A DNA stretch of 64,000 nucleotides. Source: Octopus bimaculoides (Eukaryota). Of the stretch, positions 12,581 to 26,801 are shown in pieces. The stretch covers positions 28,494,840-28,558,839 of the forward strand of contig NC_068984.1 of NCBI RefSeq assembly GCF_001194135.2. Direction: 5' to 3'. The stretch's first letter is position 1. The number at the start of each line of letters is the position of its first letter. The position numbers were made by a program, and so were the translations under genes. The notes under the pieces are model-generated. The model was not told the DNA's origin, ran no database searches, and saw nothing but the letters and a program-made list of their open reading frames with translations.

Positions 12581-15500
12581 ACAAGTAATAAGGAATTAAT
12601 GCTTGAAAATAGATTTTCTTTCTAAGAAGAAAACTCACAAAATCTTTTGCTATATATCTTGCATGATAGTGAAACAGTGAAAATAGAATGAGACAGATAG
12701 CATAATATCCACAACTGAATGAAAAAGTTAGAAAGAATAAATATTAAAGATACATTTGACCAACTTTTAAAGCAGAAATGTTAATAATAAAATAGGAGAC
12801 ATCAAAGCTTTGGTTGTTCAACTAATATGCTACTGTTACAATGAACTAAACTGCAATTAAGTGGAGAAAATAGATAGATAAATCAAGAAAGTAAGAGCAG
12901 ACACCAAGAAAATATTGATTATGAACAGAAGAAGGCATGAAACCACTGCAATTAGAAAGTTATTTATAAAATAGCTTCTGTAGGATCAGAAAAATTATCT
13001 AATAAAGAATAACAGCAAACCAATGATAGGAAAACACAACATAATGACAAAAGATATACAATTTATGCATCCTCAGTAGTATAAACAGGAACTGAAGCAC
13101 CAGATTACTGTAATGAAAATGAAGATTCTACAATACAAAAGATAAAAATCTTGATAAAAAAAATCTTACGAAAACCTCTTCATAGTCAATATTAGAAGAA
13201 AAGACTGTGGAGTGGAAGTAGATTAGTATGCCCAAGGCTGGCAGCTAAGACCAATCGGCATGCTAAATTGAAAACACTGATATTTATTTCCTTTCTCTAA
13301 GTCTATGAAACCTATATTATTTATTGAAGAATTCTAGATAAAACAAAACTGTTATTACTTATATCTTTTGAAGAAGATTTCATTCCTATGGACACTTTTA
13401 CTAAATCTTGTTATTTACCCATTTTATTACTTTGAATGTAATAAATATATCTCCAAGTTCACAACTTCCATTTTCATTGACTTGATGGATAAAATAGAAG
13501 ATATAATTTTGTCACATGTTGACAACTAAATGTTTAGCATATTGCACTTGGACACAAAGTAGTTAATAAACTACTTAAGGAAATTTCTAAAATAATAACA
13601 AAAAGAACAGCTTATCAGAAATGATACTGTATTAATAATTTCAGATAATTTTTTTTCTTTTAATGGTTTAGTCAGAGGAGAAATGGAAATGTCCATTACC
13701 TTAGGAGAGCCTCCAAGATTGGAGATAGATAAAAAAAATACACACACACACACATAAAAAAAAACTGACTTGTTTTGCTATAGTAGGAAGTAGTACATCA
13801 AGATATATATTGAGGCGAGAGTACTTGGTTCAAATGCTTGCTAAAGGTGCCTAAATGCCAGGTTAAACTAGCTTACAGATTAATTTCAAATTAGAGAATA
13901 AAACTGTTTTAAAACATTTATTTTACGAACTGTAAAATATTAGTCATCACATACATTTTTGATAACAATTCATTTGGGAATAATTTTGAAAACTTAAAGA
14001 AATAAAATTTCATTTCTATGTATGTTGGGACATATAGTAGAATCCTGCTAGACAAACTACTTCCAGTTTACTTTCTAGATTTTTGTGTTTTAATCTCACA
14101 TGAGATTATTTTAATTTTAATTTCTAGAGAATTAAAATGTTAATCCAGTCAACGATAATTAGAACTTTCTTTAAAATTGGCTCTGAGACTATTTCAAAGA
14201 AATCTTTATGATAAATCAATTAAAAATTTAACTAGCATTTCTAACCAGATAAAAGGTATTACACACACACACACACACACACACATGTGTATGCATGATG
14301 ATGCAGTGAAACTACGATAAGACCACTTGTAGGTAATGTTTTGAAATTGTTCCAAATGTTTTTCTTAATCAGCTTTTTTGCTAAACACTGGAACAGTTGT
14401 CTTTGATAATGCTGGTGATATGTTACTTCTGGAGTTAGTTTTACTACTTTCCTACACAAAAGTATGATATTTTTTTCTTTCAATTTCAGCAGTCTTCTAC
14501 AGATAAGTTTTAGCAACAAAACCTTTCTCATAAAACCCAGTTTACATTTATTGTCTTGTTATTCCAAGTTGTTATGCTACAGAAATACAAATAAACATCA
14601 TAAACTGGAGCTACATTCATTAATGGTTAAGGCAGCATATTTACTGCTTTTGTCTTTCATCTTTAAAAGATGTCTCAAACTTTTCAAATAAGGTAAAAAT
14701 ATAAAACAATGATGAAAAATATTATTAACTTTTTGTTTTCTTTCCCCCATTTGCATTAATGTGCAGTGATTGCAATACTCTTGCAACTTAACAGTTTTTA
14801 ATTAATAGAAACCCTGCCGACAACTCTGTTTCTACTTTGTCATTTTCTGTGTGTGTGTGTTCTTAAGTCAGTGATGTGTGGGATGAATGAAATAAAAGAG
14901 AAGAGTTAGTGAACCTTGCCAATGTTTGGTTAACTGCAGAGGATAAAGAAATTAAAAGTCTCCAACACTTAGCACCATGCAGTGCTTAGTCAGTTGTAAG
15001 ACGTCATGCTTGCTTCACACCATTGCTTGCAGTGACCTCCATTCAACGAACCCACACAGTTACAGGTTGAAAGTTACACAAATAAAATTCTACTGGCAGT
15101 TAAAAATCTCTCTCTCTCCACCTCCCTTTTCTGTTTCTCATAGAAACAGTGCAAATGCTGTACAGTTACTTCACACATGACTACAAAGCATGGTTTATGA
15201 TTAAAAAAGAAGAAAAAAAAGCATCTGTAATGGTTTTATAAACTAAAAACATCATGATCAGTTTTTGACAAGGAAAAGCTCAATTATTCATAGTTTTTTT
15301 TTCTTTTTCCGGAAACACTAATTCCACTCCCATGTAATAGATATAAGTATAACAGCATATTTCCCTTTAAATAGTGCAATAGTAAATTTTTATTTGGCAC
15401 CAGTCTACAAACATTCTGTAACTAATCACATCTGATTGATCACATGGTGAAAATTAAAAAATAGTCTTTACATCTCACATTTTCCAACCATTCCAATCAA

Positions 15501-16976
15501 TCTTTATTACAAAATCACAACCCCTCTTCTTTCTCATTCTCTATTTTTCTCTCCCTATGTTTGTATTGCATATGCAAACACACACACACACACACAAATT
15601 CACAGTATTATACACATTGTTTATATTGAGAAACTGTAATTGGGAAATCCCAGCAGGGGTTAGGCTTTTCAAGTGATGGGTAGCCAAGAGTGGTAGCTTA
15701 ACACCAACAGTGTTTATGCAATAAAGAAATGCTCAGTTGAGTTTTTACAATCAGCTTATTGAAGTCTAACATCCTGGTGGCAGAATTAGCATTTTTATGA
15801 CTGACTGCTATCACTGTGAACTGCGTATAGGAGCTGAAACGGGTCATTGAAAAATAGAATGTGGTTCTAAAAGGGGAGGAAATTATTTGCACCCATCAAT
15901 GCATTAACAACTTTTTTATTGTAGAGCAAACATAATATTTCAGTTTGCTTTGCTTTATCCAGTTTGAGCAAAGGACAAAAAGAAAGATGGTCGGGGGTGG
16001 GGGATTAAATATTGGCAGTGTTCAGTATAAAAGAATCAGGAAGTAGGAGTGGTTCTGGAAATATTAACAGCTGTAGACAGTTAATTTATAGTTTCATATG
16101 AGAATTTCTGGGAATTAATTTCTAGCATATATTGGATAACATACAAATACTTCCTTAATAGAAAAGTTTTATTTTGTATACATCGATGTCGTGCCTGTGT
16201 GTGTGCGTGTGTGTGTACAATTTCAGAGATATATTTGTATGTATACAAGTCATTGTAATTACACAGAGATGTATCTATGTATCTAAGCATTTATATGTAA
16301 GCCACACTCTCAATGTATGTCTGTACAAACACATGCACACTCATATGTGAATGCATTTTTAGTTATGCATGAAAGTCAGGATATATGTATAACTTTATGA
16401 AACTACTTTTATACACACACACACATTTTGTAATGTAAGAATTGTAGGGTAAATTAAAAGTAGTGCAAACATTACATGGGATAGAACGCAATACATTAGG
16501 GAAGAGCAGATAGATGTATTATATCAACACTTGACAGTTTATTCATCCTGGGACGACACTGAGTAGACTGTCAACTTTTGATATAATAAACATATGCACA
16601 CACATCCAACGGTCATAGTAATGTTTCCATATGCAATATAGTTTCAAAAGCCATACATAATAGAAGAAATTTCAAACTTCATTAATTTATTGAGGAAGTA
16701 TAGAAACATTTGATAGTCCCCTCCTCCCTTAATTAAATGAAATAAATACAACTGCCTTTTGATTAGCACAACCAATTTAAGTGATCCCTATATTTGTTTG
16801 ATTGGAAATATCCATGGAGCTACAGGCTCCAGATAGAGAAATAATCCTTGCATAAAGGCCCAACATAGCATTCTGCAATAATATTAAATGAAGATTTTGG
16901 GTAACTTCATTAAAAATAAAAACGTTTTATAATTAGGCTAAAATAAATGAAATGTCATACTCTTAGATTATAGGTA

Positions 16977-17215
16977 AAGGCATGTGGCTTAGAGGTTAGG
17001 GCATTCAACTCACTATTGTAAGGTCGTGAGTTCAATTTCCAGCGATGTGTTGTGTCCTGGATCAAGACACTTTATTTCAAATTGCTCCAGTCCACTCAGC
17101 TGGCAAAAAAGAGTTGTACCTGTATTTCAAAGGGCCAGCCACGTCACACTCTGTGTCACGCTGAATCTCCCTGAGAACTACGTTAATTGTACACATGTCT
17201 GTGGATTAGTGCTCC
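16977..17215 (+). mobile_element. tRNA-derived SINE, family D, 3'-truncated
   Basis: ggcatgtggcttagaggttagggcattc...gtgagttcaatttcc (A/B boxes), then gtgtcc.gg..caagacactttatttc. Confidence 0.75.
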
Positions 17216-17911
17216 TTTAGCAATATAAAAAACTTTTTAAAGCATCATTGCTTTTGTTCTGTAATGCTACACACAATTTTCCAGAAAATACATAGGTAGA
17301 TTTTTGTTGAAGTAAATTTTTTTTACAGGTAGATGCATTTCCAGCTATTAACTAGTAGAAATGAAACATTTGATAACAAGAAACATAGAAAGGGATAAAA
17401 GTGCAACACAATGGTTGTAGTTGTAATTTTTTAAACTCATTTCTATGTAGATAGCAGTCCAATAAATTATTTTTACAGCCATTTAAAAAAAAAAATTTAA
17501 CTTAAAGCAAAGAGACATTTAGGATATCAGAAGCATAAATTGGTAATTGTTTGAAGCATGAATAAAATGAAATAAAAGAGAAACAAGCCTGAGACAATCA
17601 GATACGGAAAACAATAATTCTGATTTGTCAGTTCAGAAGAGTATAAATATTAACAATGAAGTGAAATCATGCCTTTCTTTAATGGGAAGATTGGTGAAAA
17701 ATCCAGAAAAGTACAACACCACAGAAATAAAAATAAATAAGATCCATATATACAAAAAAACAGCACATCACTGACAATAAAATTCATATCTATACACACA
17801 CACATATGTGTGTGTGTGTATCTATCTATCTATATATATATGGGAGAATATACAAATAATAACAACAGACGAGGACAGGTGGTGTAAATAACAAAAGGAT
17901 ATATTAGTGTG

Positions 17912-17943
<32 letters not shown>

Positions 17944-18115
17944 AACATACATATACCACTGCTATGTTTTAAATTGGCATTAAGATTGTAAGGGATGTAA
18001 ACTGAGAATGTATAAAACAAATATTCATTACTCAAACATAAATACATGTGCTCAAAGAAACAAGTGATATGAGAATTCATAACACACACACATTCATTTT
18101 TGCACATCTAAATAA

Positions 18116-18146
<31 letters not shown>

Positions 18147-18618
18147 ACAAACATAAAATCACTTATACACACTGATTCATACTGAATTTAGGAATGTGTA
18201 ATATATTCTGAAATATTTAGTGTCTATTAATATTTTCCCATAAATTTCTCAATAAACACTAAAAAATTTGAAAACTCAAAGTCAAATACTGTGTGAGCGA
18301 GACTTAATGAGTAGATGTGTGAAAGTGAAAGACAGAAATGTAGAAGTGGAAATAAAGATAATTATATGGAAAGAAGTACTTTCTTATGCTGGTAATATGA
18401 CAAAAAGTTAAAAATCATCATCCTTATAGTTTTAACATTTTCTTTTTTCTGGATTGAATGGATCTGCTTCAAATTATTGTATAAAATGGAAAATGCTGTG
18501 TTGCATGATATCCTAAAATGGGAACTTGCTCAAACACATTTACATGACAAGCACACACAAGGAATGGTCCTTCAATTTACTAGAAATAGCAGACGCATTG
18601 TTGCTTTAAAATAGATGT

Positions 18619-19636
18619 CATCATCATCGTTTAACGTCCGCTTTCCATGCTAGCATGGGTTGGACAATTTGACTGAGGACTGGTGCAACCGGATGGCTAC
18701 ACCAGGCTCCGATCTAATTTGGCAGAGTTTCTACAGCTGGATGCCCTTCCTAATGCCAACCACTCAGAGAGTGTAGTGGGTGCTTTTACATGTCACCCGC
18801 ACGAAAACGGCCACGCTCGAAATGGTGTCTTTTATGTGCCACCCGCACAAGAGCCAGTCCAGGGGCACTAGCAACGATCTCGCTCGAAAACCCTACAAGG
18901 CCAGTCGGGCGGTACTGGCAACGGTCATGCTCAGGANNNNNNNNNNNNNNNNNNNNNNNNNNNNNNNNNNNNNNNNNNNNNNNNNNNNNNNNNNNNNNNN
19001 NNNNNNNNNNNNNNNNNNNNNNNNNNNNNNNNNNNNNNNNNNNNNNNNNNNNNNNNNNNNNNNNNNNNNNNNNNNNNNNNNNNNNNNNNNNNNNNNNNNN
19101 NNNNNNNNNNNNNNNNNNNNNNNNNNNNNNNNNNNNNNNNNNNNNNNNNNNNNNNNNNNNNNNNNNNNNNNNNNNNNNNNNNNNNNNNNNNNNNNNNNNN
19201 NNNNNNNNNNNNNNNNNNNNNNNNNNNNNNNNNNNNNNNNNNNNNNNNNNNNNNNNNNNNNNNNNNNNNNNGCCTTTTACCCTGAGTGAGAGTCCCTTTG
19301 TCGCCAGCAGAGGTAAGAGCTCTCTAAATTTGGCCCAGGCTATTCTTATTCTAGCAGTTACACTTTCAGCGCACCCACCCCCACTACTAACTTGGTCTCC
19401 CAGATAGCGGAAGCTATCAACAACCTCTAGTTTTTCTCCCTGGAGTGAGATAGAAGTTGTTTCCTGTTTGTTTACAGTGTTTATTTCACCTGAACATCTG
19501 CCACATACAAAAACTAATTTTGTAGTTAATCTGCTTTTGATATTGCTGCACCTCTTATGTGTCCATAGCTTGCACCGGGTACATCTTATAGAGTTACTAC
19601 CTACTCCTTTACTGCATACTGAGCAGGGCCATCTAG
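18619..19636 (-). mobile_element. Young RTE-clade LINE, 5'-truncated copy 2 (contains N gap 18937-19271)
   Basis: Near-identical to copy 1 on both sides of the gap. Frame continues ...YLGDQVSSGGGCAESVTARIRIAWAKFRELLPLLATKG. Same 3' UTR and (GAT)n tail. Confidence 0.9.
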
Positions 19637-20761
19637 AGTAATATAGTCCTAGATATCTGAAAGTAAAATGGGAGAGTCGTTACAGATTAAGCCAACTTAT
19701 GATCAAATACAGGAATGCATTTGGTCAAAATTTAGTATGATCTATAATGACCTGAAAGCTAAAGGAGATCATGAATATTTACATGTTGTAGATGCTAACT
19801 GCCCATATTGTATATCCATTAACAATTGACTAGTCAGTAAATATAAAACCAGCTCTGCTTTTTATAGATGCATGTCAATTTCAGCATGTGATACTCAGCT
19901 CTCAGACAATGTATCTGGGAAGAATTGAAATTTCCCTCTTGTAATCTGTAGTCAATACAAATCTGGCTGCCTTTCAGTTTGTTCTTATTCATATATCTGT
20001 TTATATATCTGGTTGACTTTCTTTCAGTTCAGTATTGAAAGTGTTAGTGCTCTCAATTAAGGATGCAAGATATAGATATAAAAGTTGTGCTGTTATACAT
20101 ATAAGCAGGATAGCCATAATGTCTTGACAGAGAACAACACTTTTCAACAAGCTTTACCATTCTCCATACTTGTAACATGCTGAGAAAAATTGCTCACATT
20201 ACAACTGCATATCACTGTGTGTACTAGAGAAGCAGCATATCCAGCAGAAAAAAGCTCCAGCATAGACTATTATTATTATTAGTAGTAGTAGTAGTGGCAG
20301 TAGAACTGTTAGTGAGTATGTGTGAGTGCAACACCTTGATTCAGTTACTAGTTTGTTTGTGGTAATCAAGTCTTGTTTCAGTGCTACAATCATCATAAAT
20401 TGTGATGTGAACAATAAAGATAATTATTATATCTTTTTGACTTGCTTATTTAGGAAAATAGTAAAATTTCAAAAATACTGTGTAGACATCAGTTTTATGA
20501 AAGATATTCCTGTTTTTGTAAACACCTGACTTTGTTTCTTTACAGAGATTTATGAAATTTATAAAACATCTAGATATGTTAATGGGGAAAATATCATCAA
20601 CTTCTTTGAAGTCAATTAGAAATACTAAATTTGACAAGAAATCCCTTCTTTCAAGCAGATAAAAGTTAATTTTCTTTCAAATACAAGTTTGCCTAAAGAT
20701 ATGGAACTTTGATATGCTTATCAAAGAAGTGTCAGCCTGTTTTAGTTATTTGTGAGGAGAC

Positions 20762-20973
20762 TTAACCCTTTAGCATTCAGATTACTATGTCTTTTGCAAT
20801 GCTTATTTATTCACATTGTTTTAAATTAATCATGCATTATCTTGTGGCTTTGTGATTTCATTGATGTGATAGTTTATTTTTATAATGACATTCTAGGGTA
20901 AGCACGAGAGGCCAAATATGACCAGTTTGAATATTTTGGCCAGATATAGCCAGTTTAAATGATCATAGGTTAA
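20762..20973. mobile_element. piggyBac-type MITE (~204 bp)
   Basis: TTAA|CCCTTTAGCATT ... AATGATCATAGG|TTAA: TTAA on both sides and imperfect TIRs, no ORF. Confidence 0.7.
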
Positions 20974-22639
20974 TTTATAAATAAACATACTTAATTCTAC
21001 CAGGAAGTCATTGGGATTCAGAAGAAAGAATAATCAACAACTGGGATATTACAATTTTGTCTCATATTATAGTGGGCAAGAAAATGATATCACTTTGGAT
21101 AGAAAGTGGTTGAAATTAATTATTGCTTGTATCACACAAGCTATAAATGAATAAATATTGTATGTGTAAACATATTTAGCTGTTTCTGTCAAGATTTGTT
21201 GGGTTACAAATCATACATTAAAAAAATTCTCTAGCCAGCAATATATGTATTGAAAACAGCTGTTGAGTCTAAAGTTAATTATAAGTTATATGACAGAGAA
21301 TATCGCATAATCAATTCTGTATAAGTAAACTAATGTAGGTTTACTGTAAGGATGTTTAAATTGATAAATATCAAGAATATTGCTTTCAGCCCCCTCATTT
21401 AATATGCTTTCTATCCTATTTATATCTATGATACAAGATTTATATAAAATTTTTCTCTGGTTATATTTATGTGGGTTTTTTTAATATTTATTTTCATGAT
21501 TGTATAAATAGAGGCTTGGCAGAATTGTAAGTCTTGAATAAAATTTTATTCTGGCCTCTTGCATTCCGAGTTCAAGACCTGTTGAGGTCAACTATACCTT
21601 GAATCCTTCTGCATTCAAAAAAGTAAAGTAAGAATGTGTTTTGAAGTTAATTTAATCAACTTATACTTATATCTTCCAGACTTCTTAATGCAAGTGCAAA
21701 GAACAGCAAAAAGATATCAAAAGTAATCTAGATGGTAATCCAATATAAATATAGATTGAAGATGGAGTTCTGAGGTCTCATTTATTGTTCTTTTTTCTCT
21801 TTCTTCTACTATGATTGCTTTTCTTTTCCTTTCGTGTCTTACTTTTTCTCATTTCCTGGCCTTTGTGTTGTAAGCCTTTACTTTCTTCCTGTGCCTTTCC
21901 TTCTTTTTTCTTTTATATACTAACTATTTTTCTCACTCCACCAATGCTTCTCTTTTTCTTTCCTTTTGAAGAAGGATTAATACTCAAAACATTAAAACAC
22001 TCTCTTTCTTCATAAAATAATACCATATTTGTCAAACATTGTTCTTCCTGTGTTATCCTTTTCTATATATATTTTCAGAAAGCAAGATATTACAGCTGAA
22101 AATCCAGGGCAAATTTTCTTAGTGCTGCTATCATTTTGAGAAAAGATGAGAGTATAAACCTCCGAAACCACAGCATTCCTGAGAGAAGCAGTGATCTTGG
22201 GTATTGTTAGTTTTTTAAAGAAGTGTCTGATGAAGAGTATATTTATGCTCACATAATTATTAACTTGTTCCATTATAGTTATTCTTAACCACCTTAAATA
22301 GGAAGTTTTGCATCTTCCTGACCTATATTCCAGCTCATTTTTATTGTAAATGGTATAGAAGTTTTACACTCTCAGAAAATAAATAGTTATTTGCATTAGT
22401 TCACAATATCCATTATATGTGATTAAAGAACAATATCAAAGTTTCATCGAAATCACTCTGGATCAGACACGCTATCTCTAAGTTGTTTCATTATCACATT
22501 ATCATTAGCTGCAAATACAATATTCGGTTATATACTTATAAGTACTAGAAGTGTTTTCCAAGTCTTTGTGAGTTTCTAAATGGCAACAATTATGGTAAAT
22601 GTAGATACTTCAGCAGCCATGCATGCATGTATGTAATCA

Positions 22640-23070
22640 TCATCTCCATTTAACATCCCATCTTCCATACTGACATGGCTAGATGGTTCAACAGGGACCA
22701 GTAAGCCAGAGGGCTGTGTGAACTCCAATGTCTGCTTTGGCATAATTTCTACAGCTAGATGACCTTCCTAATGCTAATTACTTTACAAATGATAATAATA
22801 AATACACACACATATATATAGGAATGCAGATAATGTGAAGTATGAATTGCTGTGGGATGACTAAATAACCTTAAATTTAAGAATAATTTGTATAAGAACT
22901 ATCGAAAACACTTTCTTTTGTTTATTCAGTTAAATATATCAATGTTTTATGTTCACTTTTCCATGCTGGCATGGGTTAGAAAGTTTTGAGGCAGCGTGTC
23001 ACACTTTAATCTTGGAAGCATCAGCCTTACAGATTTATAAACATTCCTGATGCCAACCCGTTTTGTTGCT
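22640..23070 (-). mobile_element. Two decayed RTE 3'-end fragments
   Basis: catcatctccatttaacatccc...ccttcctaatgcta (22640-22790) and ttttccatgctggcatgggtt (22958-23060). Confidence 0.6.
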
Positions 23071-23751
23071 TTTTATAACATAAAGGGATATGGTGTAACA
23101 ATTCAAAAATATACAGTATACTCTCTCTTTCACACACACGCATTTGTCCATGCCATGAGATTATATTAACAATGCATATACATATCTATCTACCTTTCCA
23201 TTTATATATAATATAGGGATACACACAAGTATATATTCTTTGTTGTTGACTGCAAAAGCATTAATGTTTCTTTATAAAAACAGCATGGGCTTTTAAAGAG
23301 AATGAATAGCTACTTGTGAAACAATTAAAGAAACCTTTCAAAAGAAAAAAAAATAAACACTCAAACATGAATAATCCTCCAAATTAATGCAAAACTTCTT
23401 TATATTAAATGGAAATGAATTGTGGTATAACTTTAAATATAAGCTTCTAGCAGTTTGATATCAACATAATATATGAAAAGAAACTCACACACAGATATAG
23501 GACACTTCTGTTTGAATGGAAGCCATTCAAATAGTGATAGAAACTTGTATCATCAATAAAACATACTGAAATGTAGCACCAGGTTTCTATAATGCCACAG
23601 GCAACAGAACAGAAACTATTTAACCAATTCAAAATGTATATTGTGTTAACTATGTGATGAAACGCTGCATCAGAAAAGAAATATAGGGTGGAAAATTACT
23701 CTGTTAAATATCACTTGAATTCAGAGACAATGATTCCAACAAGTTTATTAG

Positions 23752-23945
23752 ATTGTTGCTGTTTAGCCCCAGGTCATCCCTAGGCAAACAGACTATGATC
23801 AAGATCATTCCAGCGATGAATATTTTTCTTTTTCTATATTTATAACCTATAGTGTTTAGTGTGTCCTCCTTTTACTAAGCAGTAGACTGTGATTTGATGG
23901 AGATTTGGCTGCTATTTCTAGAAAGTTTAGAGAGCATGCAGGTTT
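23752..23945 (+). repeat. Unclassified dispersed repeat (other copies at about 18540-18612 plus 19640-19720, 26270-26335, 38075-38270, 49275-49420, 50225-50405)
   Basis: Shared motifs gtttagccccaggtca..ctatgatcaa..ttccagc and ggagatttggctgctatttctag in several copies and both orientations. Confidence 0.65.
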
Positions 23946-24654
23946 CTTTGTCAGTTTATTGGCATTCAATTATTGTTAAATATCATAAGGATTATCTTAA
24001 TTGATTTCAATTAAATATTAACCTTCACAAGTTTTATGAGCTACAGTTAGTTCAATCATTTTACATAACACATTAACTATTGTTATTAATTATTATTGAG
24101 TTACCTTTGATTCACAATGTTAAACTCATGAATGGGAAACTTGATATCTCCTGGATTAGATATTAAGTGCATCACAAATTAAATTTCTTCAGCCAGTTTG
24201 CTATCTATTACCTATTTTGTTAAAAATATTAATAAACACAAGCAGTTTCAATTAAATGCAAATGAAGTGTTAACAATAGAATATAGAATTATAAATGAAT
24301 TTGTTCAGTTATTGACATGATATAAACTATGACAGTCCAAATCATGTTGGGTTTGTGTTATGAGGAATTGGAACTTGTCAAAACTTTCGTGATGCACTCG
24401 CCATCATTGTTTTATGTTTTTTCTGTGCTGGTGTGGATTGTGCAGGTTTTCTGGTTGATACCCTTCCTTTACTAACCCTTATAATCACTTTTTACGACAT
24501 GCAGGGTCTTGGAGTACATATGCTATATGCTTTCATAATATTCTCCTTGTTCATTTGTTTAGCATCTATGTTTCCGTACTAACATGGAGTAGATAAATAC
24601 ATATTGCAAAGACATTGTTTTACAGCCAGACCCCCTTCTTATCATCAGAAGAAA

Positions 24655-24900
24655 CTTTAGCCCATTCTGCAAATGATGTATGCTGCCCATATTTGGAATG
24701 GTTCTGCTGAAATACACACTGGCATCTTGGACTGTACCTTGAGAAGAGCTACTTTACTGATTAGCATGCCATCACTAACAGAGACACTCCATCTTCTTGC
24801 TCACATGTGTGCTGTCTCCTCTTTCTGTCATTAATATAATGGTATCTGCTCCTTGGAATTGGCTAGTCTTGTACCTTTACCGCTCAAACATCTCTGACCT
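24655..24900 (+). mobile_element. CR1/Jockey-group LINE C-terminal relic
   Basis: P.L.YAAHIWNGS...ILDC..RRA..LI.MPSLTETLHLLAH...VS...YNGICSLELASLVP matches the post-RT motif Y.SHIW.G...LLD.IQ..A.RLI...LT..L..L.HRR.VASL..FY...NG.CS.EL..LVP. Confidence 0.55.
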
Positions 24901-25306
24901 AATTGTTTTTCCATCTTTTATCACCTTTGTTGCATTTAACCTCCCCTTTTAGAAGCTTGCTTGTTGGCTCATAATTGTCTGATGTTAAAAGAATAATGAG
25001 AAGAGAAGAATCAGAAACTGGGAAAATAAATTTCATAGTAGGGCAACCAAAACTGATGATATCCGTGCAGAACTGATGTGGGACCAAGTTGGTGCATTCT
25101 ATCCTGAACAAATCCCCAACAAATGTTCACTAATCCAAATAGGATATAGTGTACTCTATCAGTTGACATCCAATAGTTATATGCCTATCCACTAGAATGA
25201 CTATTTTGTGTAATATATTTCTTTTCATAGTAACTCAGATGTTGTGGTTGTTTCTATAAAAGCTCAATGTTGCAACTGAGTTGAAACGACAGAACAGCTT
25301 CAACTC

Positions 25307-25541
25307 GAGGCAGCGAGCTAGCAGAAACGTTAGCATGCCTGGCGAAATGCTTAGCAGTATTTCATCTGCCGCTACGTTCTGAGTTCAAATTCTACCGAGG
25401 TCGACTTTGCCTTTCATCCTTTCAGGGTCGATAAATTAAGTACCAGTTACACAGTGGGGTCGATGTAATCGACTTAATCCCTTTGTCTGTCCTTGTTTGT
25501 CCCCTCTATGTTTAGCCCCTTGTGGGCAATAAAGAAATAAG
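25307..25541 (+). mobile_element. Young tRNA-derived SINE, family A (central gtcgactttgcctttcatcctttc.gggtcgataaa, Meta-domain-like)
   Basis: A/B box-like head. 16-bp TSD agaacagcttcaactc (25291-25306) / agaacagcttcaattc (25540-25555). Near-identical to 43577-43808. Confidence 0.9.
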
Positions 25542-26801
25542 AACAGCTTCAATTCAAACTGATTTGAGCTTCTGGTGTAAACTTGGCCATAGGAAATTTG
25601 TCTTGAGCAAATTTTGTCAGAACAATTCTTTGGCTTTATATTTGAAATATGGTTTCACATTGAGTAAAGCAGATAAAAAGACACTGCAGCTTGAATTATT
25701 AATCACTAATTGTTTTCATAAGTTAATTTCCATAATACTTATACTAGTATTTATGCATTTCAAATTCTTTTACTTCCTATCATTGTGTAAAGTATCTGGT
25801 GAAGATAAGCTGTTGCTCCAATTGCATTTGCTATGAACAACTAGAAGAGAAAGTAACATAGGTCAGTCAGTTCTTGCAGAAGCAAAAGATTAGAAACTAC
25901 ATTTGTCTTATGAGTAATCCATTTAGCACTCATAGGAAGTGTTATGTTCATATAGCATTAAAGACGGAACAATAACATCAGCAAAATATTAACAATAATA
26001 AGCAATAATATTTGTGGTTTATGCATAATGTTAGAAAATTATTGTGAGGGATAAATTAGAAGTAACAACCTTAGAGAGATTTCCCAAAGATACAGCTTTT
26101 AATTTTCTTCTGTATCTCAAGTTTCACACCTTGGTAACAAGAGAGCATTTTTTATTTTTGTAGTTATACTGTCTACTAGAGATGGTGACCAAATTTTCCT
26201 CATATAAAAGCCCACCATCTTAAACAAAGAAGGAAACACTGAATGATGTAGCACAGTAATCTAAAAGGCAAGATTGTCATGGTTGAAAGATGCTTTTGTG
26301 CACAATGAGGGCTGGTCTAAAACTAAACAACATCTGTCATTGAAGAATTGCCAAGCTACAACCGTCCTATGGAAGATGAACAATACTGTCACTGAAGCAC
26401 CTATTCTACCATCTTATAATGTGTTAGCAGAGGGCTAGAATAATGACAGTGCTGGGCATTATTGGTCGTACAGTTTTTACTGAACAATTTTCAGATAAAA
26501 GATTAATGGTAACATTTAAAGATTCTTAACTTGGTTGGATTTTTCTTATCAAATTTATAGCTAATATTATTATCATGCTAAACCTCCTACTACATCATAT
26601 GAAGAGAAAAAGCAGTAACAAACAAGAACAATAATAAAAATAGTGAAGAAGAAATGGAAGAAAGAAAACGTCAGGGGAGTAGTCATTCAGTTTCTGATTG
26701 ATTAAACATTTTTCTCTTAACCCTTTTTTCTTAAACCACCTATACTTAAACAAAGATTTGTTCTCGTCTGGGAAACAATTGATGGTTGAATATGCACTTA
26801 C

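Noticed and set aside
11100-13300. A-rich stretches faintly resembling decayed LINE RT (also 24950-25200, 39200-40000, 47180-47420)
   Set aside because: Motifs are too degraded to assign by eye; this needs a profile search.
14365-14451. Ser/Thr-rich short minus-strand frame after an AG (ESSKTNSRSNISPALSKTTVPVFSKKAD*)
   Set aside because: Phase 0 is incompatible with direct joining to the phase-1 Ig exon, and there is no other support.
18619-19636. RTE copies 1 and 2 as a segmental duplication
   Set aside because: Similarity stops at the element boundaries and the flanks are unrelated.
20199-20414. ORF with a transmembrane-like LLLLLIIII stretch
   Set aside because: The hydrophobic run is simply translated (TAG)n/(TAT)n microsatellite.
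22010-22273. 87-aa minus-strand ORF
   Set aside because: No motif and no convincing splice phase match to the Ig exon.
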